Below are positions 57,364 to 64,000 of a DNA stretch of 64,000 nucleotides, in pieces. The translations under genes were made by a program, and so were the position numbers. The stretch comes from Podospora anserina (lineage: Eukaryota). The notes below the pieces were generated by a model. It saw only the letters and a program-made list of their open reading frames with translations. It ran no database searches and had not been told where the DNA came from. The DNA lies in contig CM030333.1 in assembly GCA_017654855.1 (NCBI GenBank), forward strand, positions 3,906,001 through 3,970,000, written 5' to 3'. Within the stretch, counting starts at the first letter, position 1. Each line of letters begins with the position of its first letter.

Positions 57364-59733
57364 ATGATCAGCTGGGCGCTCAAGCGCAACAACAATAAAG
57401 ACGCTGACACCGCGCGCGACGCGACCGGCGGGGGTACGAGATCCCATTCCCGCAGAACCTCAAGAAAGTTTTTAGGACACCGAACTCAGACAAATGCAGA
57501 TGATACAATCCAGCTGGACATGCCCGACACGCCAGCGCCGGTATTTGCTGTGCGCGCGTTGAAGACAGCCATCTTCGGGACCCCCGCAGCCCGCGCCGAC
57601 CGCCGAGCCTCGAGACTGACGGCAGCAAACAACAAGTCCGCACCCGTAAAACCCGATGTCGTTTCTGTCCCCGAAAAGTCGCCTGCGAAACCACCCGGCA
57701 TTCTTCTAACCCCAGGCACTGGCGCCGCCCGTCGAAAACGAGTGTCTTTTGGCCATGACGTCAAGCAAGGCTCAGGAGGACCGGCGAGATCGAGCAACGG
57801 CGAACTTGACGATCCGAGTTCATGGGCTGGCAGGCCTGCGGATACCCCAATTCCGAAAGCGAAGACGAAACTGCAGCAGACTTTGGAAAACGCACGGCGT
57901 AACAAGGCCGAGGAGACCACCACCGAGGTCAGGGACTTTGCCTCCCACGACAACGAACAGGAGGGGGCTTGGGAAGAGGTGGACGATGATTATGATGAGT
58001 CGGACTACGAGGCCGACATTACGACCGATCTGAACGAGCCTCACTCCAGGTCTGGTCAGTACTGGAAGTCCTACTTTGAAACCTACCACGCCGATGCAAA
58101 GGCCGAGATGGAGAAATTGGTTAAGTACAAGCAGCTCGCAAAGTCTTATGCGAAGATGAAGGACACGGAGGCCGACGAGCTGAAGCAAAACCTGAGGGAG
58201 GAACAGGAGAAGGTCCAGCAAATGGAGGAGAAGCTGGCTGAGATGGGTAGGCAGGTGGCTGCCAAGACTCAACGGAACGGAGGGCAAGCCGATATGCAGT
58301 TGGTAGATGAGCTGAACAAGCAGACGGCACTCGCACGGGAGTACAAGCTTCAGGTTGAAGAGCTGGAAGATTTGCTTCATGATGAGATGAGCGAGGACGA
58401 GCCAAAGGGAGCACGACAACGCCGCGTTGCCTCTCCACGGACCCACCGGACCCTTATGGAAGCCCAGCGGGAACTGAGAAAAGCGAGGTCACAGCTAAGG
58501 GAGATGGATAGTCTGCGGGAAGAGCGGGATAAACTGCGTTCCGACTTGAAGTTCGCCGAGCAAAGGTCCACCAAGCTTGCTGATGAGAACAAGAAGCTGT
58601 CTGGGGAGTTGTCTAAGAGCAGCACCAAGATTCAGGACCTGGAGAAGAACCTTAGCGAATCAAAGGCCTCGTTCGATAAGTTGAAGGAGGACGCCAAGAA
58701 CCGGTTCAGGGAGGCCCGGGAGGTGTTGGAGACCAAGAACAAGAAGATTTCCGAACTCCAAGACCAGATCGCCTCCCTCAAGAAGGACCCCACCGAGAGC
58801 AAACGAACCACCTGCGCAACTCGAGGTCTGAGTCTAGACGAAAGGTCAAAACCCACCGCTGACCGCCCAGCAACATCATTACAATCCCTCGAAACAGCAG
58901 AAGAAGACCACACTCGTCTTTTGCGAGAGCTTAAAGAACTGAAAAGAACCAGCCTCCAAACAGCCACCACCACAACTACCACGCGAGATAAGAACCGCCC
59001 CAGTGTAGACGGGTATAAATACACCTCGACAACCGACGACCTCCAAACCCTCGCCACCTCCCGCGCCCTCCGCGATAGAATCGAGAGCGAATTCGGCGTC
59101 GGGAAAAAGTCTCAACTCTCCTTCCCAACTCCCGCGGGTAACATCCTCATCGACCGCGCCAACCTCCCCGACAGCCCCTCCCCCAATCCGAGGTCTGTCC
59201 CCTCCTCAAAGGAAGATGTCATCTCCCGATCACCAAGCAGAGGCTCATCCCGCCCACGAACATCACGGATATCCATCTCGAGAGAAAACCTCAGATCGAA
59301 AAGCAGCACCGACACCAACGAGTCCGAAAAGCGCCTCACCAACGGCAGCCGCACCTCCCTCGTGCAGCCCCGGAAGAAATTCCCTCCTCCTACCCCCGCT
59401 GCTGCGGTGCGGTCGCTCCCTACGTTGGATGTCACCGAGGACTTGACGCAAGACCCAGAAGCAGCAGGGGGGATCGACCTCGTGACGGGGAAATTTGCCC
59501 GGCTGGGTGGTGGTGGTGGTGGCGGTGGGGGTGTTGACAAGCGGCAGGATCCAAACAGTAGCGCTGTCTGGAGCACCATGAACGCGTCACAGCTTGCAAT
59601 GCCGGCGGATCGAAAGGCGGCGGCTATTGCGCGGTTGCAGAGGAAGAAGGCGGCGAGGTTGCAGATGGAGAGGATCAATGGCGGGGATGGGAGGACAGGG
59701 ACGAGGAATAAGGAGAATTTGAGGCCTTATTAA
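57364..59733 (+). CDS. Spindle pole body-associated Cut12-domain coiled-coil protein
   Basis: PDTPAPVFAVRALKTAIFGTP, PGILLTPGT..RKRVSF, TTDLNEPHSRSGQYWK...EMEKLVKYKQLAKSYAKMKD followed by a coiled coil. Probable in-frame intron 57434-57499. Confidence 0.78.
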   Translation: MISWALKRNNNKDADTARDATGGGTRSHSRRTSRKFLGHRTQTNADDTIQLDMPDTPAPVFAVRALKTAIFGTPAARADRRASRLTAANNKSAPVKPDVVSVPEKSPAKPPGILLTPGTGAARRKRVSFGHDVKQGSGGPARSSNGELDDPSSWAGRPADTPIPKAKTKLQQTLENARRNKAEETTTEVRDFASHDNEQEGAWEEVDDDYDESDYEADITTDLNEPHSRSGQYWKSYFETYHADAKAEMEKLVKYKQLAKSYAKMKDTEADELKQNLREEQEKVQQMEEKLAEMGRQVAAKTQRNGGQADMQLVDELNKQTALAREYKLQVEELEDLLHDEMSEDEPKGARQRRVASPRTHRTLMEAQRELRKARSQLREMDSLREERDKLRSDLKFAEQRSTKLADENKKLSGELSKSSTKIQDLEKNLSESKASFDKLKEDAKNRFREAREVLETKNKKISELQDQIASLKKDPTESKRTTCATRGLSLDERSKPTADRPATSLQSLETAEEDHTRLLRELKELKRTSLQTATTTTTTRDKNRPSVDGYKYTSTTDDLQTLATSRALRDRIESEFGVGKKSQLSFPTPAGNILIDRANLPDSPSPNPRSVPSSKEDVISRSPSRGSSRPRTSRISISRENLRSKSSTDTNESEKRLTNGSRTSLVQPRKKFPPPTPAAAVRSLPTLDVTEDLTQDPEAAGGIDLVTGKFARLGGGGGGGGGVDKRQDPNSSAVWSTMNASQLAMPADRKAAAIARLQRKKAARLQMERINGGDGRTGTRNKENLRPY

Positions 59734-60459
59734 GGGTGTCGTTGAGGGTAATGGATATATGATGGATGGGGAGGGTGGTAGACATTGTTTATTCTTTATG
59801 AGCATGGCAACAACATAAAGGGGTGGGAGCAGGCATCATGGGGACATAATTCGGGACTCTGGATGGGATTGATTGATTTGATATATCATGGCGGCGGTGT
59901 TTTGTTTGTAAAGGCTGTTGGTATATTTATTTGTATAAAGGCATGTCAGGTTTGGAGGAGAGAGCAACTGCTGGTTACGTTGTTTTACCATTCTTGATAG
60001 GGATTTCTCTGCTATACTCAATACCTGCAAACATTATCATTTACACTCATCTCCGTGATTGCCTTATCAAAATATACCATTGATTACAGTGACAATAATT
60101 ATATGTATATCTCTTCTCAAATATGACCCCTCTTCTCCCTGTCTGCCCTCTCTGGCTGGCCATACACAAGAGCCACAAGCTGCTCCGGTCCTTCTCCGCA
60201 AACCCTATGGTATACAATCCCCCTCTCTTCATCCCATCATGTTGCCAAGTTCCCCCAAATACCCTACATCTTTTGGTATCACGTTAACACAAAATGCAAT
60301 GCTTTGTAACCCCCCGACCATGTAAGGACCAAGCAACCCAAAAACGAGATCACTTGACCCTCCCTTTTCGGCTTTCCCCCAGTCCGCTCGGAGCGCACAA
60401 AACAATCCCATACCAATACCCAAATCCCAGAACCGATCGTAAAATCCAGTATCAACGCC

Positions 60460-63266
60460 TCACATAATGCTGCACTCCCGTTCAGGTAATCCATCCTTCG
60501 AGTCTTTCCCCTTCCCCTTCTCCTTTTTCTCTTTCTTCTCCCCATCCCCATCCTTATCCTTCTTTTTTCCCTTATCCTTCTTGTTCCCTCCGTGATGCCC
60601 CAAGTGATGATGATGGTGCTCCTTCTCCTTATCCTTTCTGCTCTCCGTGGCGGTTTCAGACCCCGAGCCTTCCTCCTCTGTCACCACAGCCTGCTCATCC
60701 ACCGTGGCAACCCCATCAACAGATGGGACTACCACCACAGTAGTACTCCCGTTGCTAGACGTCGACCCATCCTTGTTCGGCCGAATAAATCCAAGTCTCG
60801 AGATGGTGGAGCTAAGCCTTCCCTCGCCTATCTGACTAGTAGGGCGAGATTTACTTCCCGTCTTTGTGAACTTGGCTGCCGCACGGGATAGTCTAGCAGC
60901 TGTGGATTCTTCCTTGCCTTCTTCCTGAGTGGCGGTAGGTGTCGTGACCGCAGGTGAGGTTGCCTCTGGTGTAACTGGGGCCGCGGCGGCTGCATCAGAA
61001 ACAGACAAGCTACCACGTCTGGAGTGCTCAGCCTTGGAGTTGATTGAATACGGGTCGTCGTCGAAGCTGAGGCGCTGGTCCATGTTCATTTCCGAGCTCA
61101 GCCGGATCGAGGGCTTCTCGCTGTTTTGGGTGAGGGTGGTGGCAGAGTCAAAGAAGCCACTAGTCGCCCTCGAAATCGTGCCATTCACGGATTCCTTGGG
61201 TGTTTCAACAATCAGAGTAGCCGGGACCTTTCCGTTCAAGTCCTTGTAAGCCGGAGGTTCGGTAACAGAACCATCTGTAGAAGCCGTCGTGACGTCAACC
61301 ATGGGAACGACCTGGTAGAAGAGAAGATATGGCATTTCTTCTCGTAGCGACTGCTTGATATCATCGACGTACGTCACTCGATTCTCCACCGCGAGGTCGT
61401 CAAACTTTGCCCACTGCTGCTCTTCGTAGTCGGGAGGCGGGTCGTCCTCGTATCTTCGGTTCTCGGTCAGCAGCTTCGGAGCCACCCGAGCAAACGAGAT
61501 ATAGTGACCACTATGCAGGGAATCTCCGCGGTGACAGACCACTGATTGCAGTACCAGCTTGAATTCTTCCCGAAGCCCACTGGAATCCTTGTCCTTGGTG
61601 TTGATGTCCTCCGCCATGAACTGAGGCAATCGCAAACTGTCCGGGATATCGATCAGAGTATTTTGTCGCTTAGGAACACCCTGTTCTGTCATTGTGTATC
61701 TCTTCAAGCAGATCCCTACCACCGGTCGTTGGGTAAAATGGCGAGCTACTTCAGCGTCATTACTAGGTTCGCTGTTTGTTGTGGCATGCCATGCTACAGA
61801 ATGTTAGCCATGAATTTCCGCTGACATGTATGCATGTGGGACACCCACGGATTAGCCGGAAAAACTGCCACGCTGGTATCGTGACAGCCTTTACAATTGT
61901 TGAAATCTTTCGCTTGTGCTTCGGGGAGGTGCTCTCTGCTTCACCGTTGGATGCCGGGTCCTCCTCGTTCTTGACCACAATTCGCTGTATGATGCTCGTA
62001 GATCTATTACGCGACACAGCCGGCGACTCGGCGGCAGCCTCCAGGGTGGGGTTCGTCATGGATACCGGGGAATGTGTGATGGTCTCTTGTAACGTCCATC
62101 TGCGCTGGAGTTTCGAGCTCTCGCCATTGTCGGTCGGCGTTGCCGCGTCCTCATCTGTGGTGCCCAATAATGTGTTTTTGGGTGTCGAGAATCCGCCCTT
62201 CTTCTCCTCGAGGCTGTCTCGAAGCACATCGACCTTGTTGTTGAAGTACTCCTCCAGGCAGTCCTCGAGTTTGATGCCCTTGCCCGACGGATCGGGAGGG
62301 ACGGCAAGGTTGAGTAACCGCTCGTGTACCACTTTGTGATCATCCACATCGCCCTTTCCTTGGTGAAACAAATCGACCTGCAGCGTAAGTAGAGGTAGCT
62401 GTAGTGTCTCTGTAATAAACGCAAAAGCCTCTGAGGTGTCTTGCTGTTCCAACAACTGGGCTTCCTTCCACCCACATGCAGCAAGCGATTCCTGGATGTG
62501 TTGTGTCTGGACATCAAGTCAGTTTAACCCCGTCAATAAGACTGCTAGGCTCCTACCATATCCGTAGGAATCAACTTTCCGCTTCTCAACATGTTGACCC
62601 ATAACCGTAACAAGGCAGCCAGTTTCCTTTGAGCCTCGTCCGTAGAGTCATTCTTGAGCATGCACTCGAAGGCCTGGAGCTTGGCGAACATGGCAAATAG
62701 CAGGGCGTCGAGATAACAAGTAACATTTCCCCGGTTCACGGCGCCCAGCATTTGGACATTGGCGTTGTATGGCTGTATTATCCCAGCGAACGCCTGCTGT
62801 TGTAGCTGTAACAGCTCCAGAGCCTTGTCGACGTCGCCGTCGGCGAACTTGGAGTCGAGGGCATAACGGATAATGTCGGTTGTGATCTCGTGGTAGTTGA
62901 GCTCTTCGAGTTTCTTTTTGATCTCCTCGACCTGTAATATGACTGTCAGCACCTATTCAACTTCACAAGCTATAGAGGCTAGACGACTCCAACAAACGCA
63001 CCTTTCCAGCTTCTTTTTCCTCTACCTCCTTTTCCTTTTGGGCTTGTTTTGCGGACTCTGGCCTAAAGATAGACAGCCAGGAATCAATCCCCAATGGGCG
63101 AGCCTAGACAAATCGTCAGCAATTGAACAAGCTTTCTCGGAGCCGAGACAGCTTCTCCCACACAGACCTTTGCGCCGGGTTCAGACGACTTGTTTCGTCG
63201 GTGGCTCCCACTCTTGTCTCGCACGCTCCTGAATTTTTTAGGCATGATCATCTGTGCTGCCTTCAT
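60460..63266 (-). CDS. Ubiquitin C-terminal hydrolase (USP, CYLD-like), multi-exon
   Basis: Cys box GAVNRGNVTCYLDALLFAMF, QQDTSEAF, ICLKRY, His box SVVCHRGDSLHSGHYISF, WAKFDD. Start at 63266 or 63245. Ends in a CaaX-like CSIM*. Confidence 0.85.
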
Positions 63267-64000
63267 CTTGGTGCTTTTGCGCAGCGCATCGATATATGCG
63301 GCTGTTGGGAGAGCGAGGTGACTGTGTGTTGTATCCGCCACAGAGGTTGTACCATGTACGGGGCAGGTACCGGGACGTGGGGGACCGCACAGCAAGGCAA
63401 CCTATGCGAAAATGGGCATCGAAGGCGCAGTGCGACGGGGAGCAGTCAAAGAAAGGAAAAACAAGGCAAGATTAGTCAAGAATGAAGGTATCCGCCTCGA
63501 AGAAGTGTTGACCGTCGACCGGAAGATCCCAAGGTTCGTGTTTGGATATCGTTAAGGTAGTTGGGATGAGGGGTTAGGTTTCAGGCGCACTGAGCAAGTA
63601 TCAAGTTGGGGCTTTGCGATGAACCCTCGAGCGCTCAACAAGCGAAGGGGCGCCCGCCGGGCTGATGACGATGGGTGCCTGCCACCGGTGCTCCGAACCG
63701 AATTGCCTAAAATGACGAGGCCAACCGCTGGAGGCAACGTTGATATCAAGAGCGCTGGAGATAGAAAGGCTGAGCGCCAAAATACGGGGGACGGGAAGTT
63801 GAGAAGGCGGTAGCTTGTTCGCCAACGGACAAGGCCAACAAATTGAAGGGCCAAAGAGGGGCCCAAAGACGTGGGCAGCGCAACGCGTGGCGGATGGGGA
63901 TGTGGACAAGGATGATAAGACCTGTGGACCACAGGGGAAGTGGATGCCCAAATTGCTCCCTTTAGCTTTTGCTTATCATGGAGCAACAAGTTGCCAGAGC

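Noticed and set aside
9418-62339. Numerous 100-290 aa ORFs antisense to or overlapping the real genes (e.g. 31935..32576, 36372..37190, 49476..50015, 57820..58446)
   Set aside because: Shadow ORFs caused by codon bias and acidic/low-complexity coding on the opposite strand; no independent motifs.
42227-63266. Apparent clustering of ubiquitin-system genes (APC-like, UIM protein, Cdc34, USP)
   Set aside because: Interspersed with unrelated genes, and ubiquitin genes are numerous, so chance co-location is likely.
42022-63580. Isolated telomere-like words (CTAACCCTGACCCT at ~42022, TCAGGGTTAGGG at ~45022, GGGTTAGG at ~63570)
   Set aside because: Only one or two units each; not an interstitial telomere array. 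At most promoter telobox motifs, which I cannot support.
1-64000. tRNA genes, CRISPR arrays, LTR/transposase ORFs
   Set aside because: GTTCGA-like words lack cloverleaf context, no spaced repeat arrays were seen, and no RT/integrase/DDE motifs appear in the translations.

Overview
Eukaryotic, intron-containing DNA from a filamentous ascomycete. It looks like a Sordariomycete, and gene style plus a dispersed 5S gene suggest Sordariales such as Podospora (inference). Most of the six-frame ORF track is antisense/shadow noise. About 9-21.7 kb and 29-63.3 kb hold conserved housekeeping genes: LTA4 hydrolase/M1 aminopeptidase, kinesin-3, Mkt1, Mss1/MnmE, Mak16, Mso1, Gyp7, Pol delta, a possible Apc16/Apc9-like protein, Get4, a UIM protein, Cdc34, Gcn2/Cpc-3, a Cut12-domain protein and a CYLD-like USP. 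Two gene-poor stretches (1-8.9 kb and 22-28.4 kb) contain what look like decayed gene relics. Non-coding items are one divergent 5S rRNA copy and a 188-bp TA-flanked MITE with perfect TIRs. The most unusual element is an easily missed 3-exon gene at 28476-28815. It encodes a 72-aa peptide with three copies of a pseudo-palindromic core N[YFH]GRSGYNK separated by acidic spacers, with no signal peptide and no KR sites. Its two introns sit at the same position in the repeat, and each creates a stop if retained. It is a candidate non-canonical RiPP/peptide precursor or amyloid-like repeat peptide.
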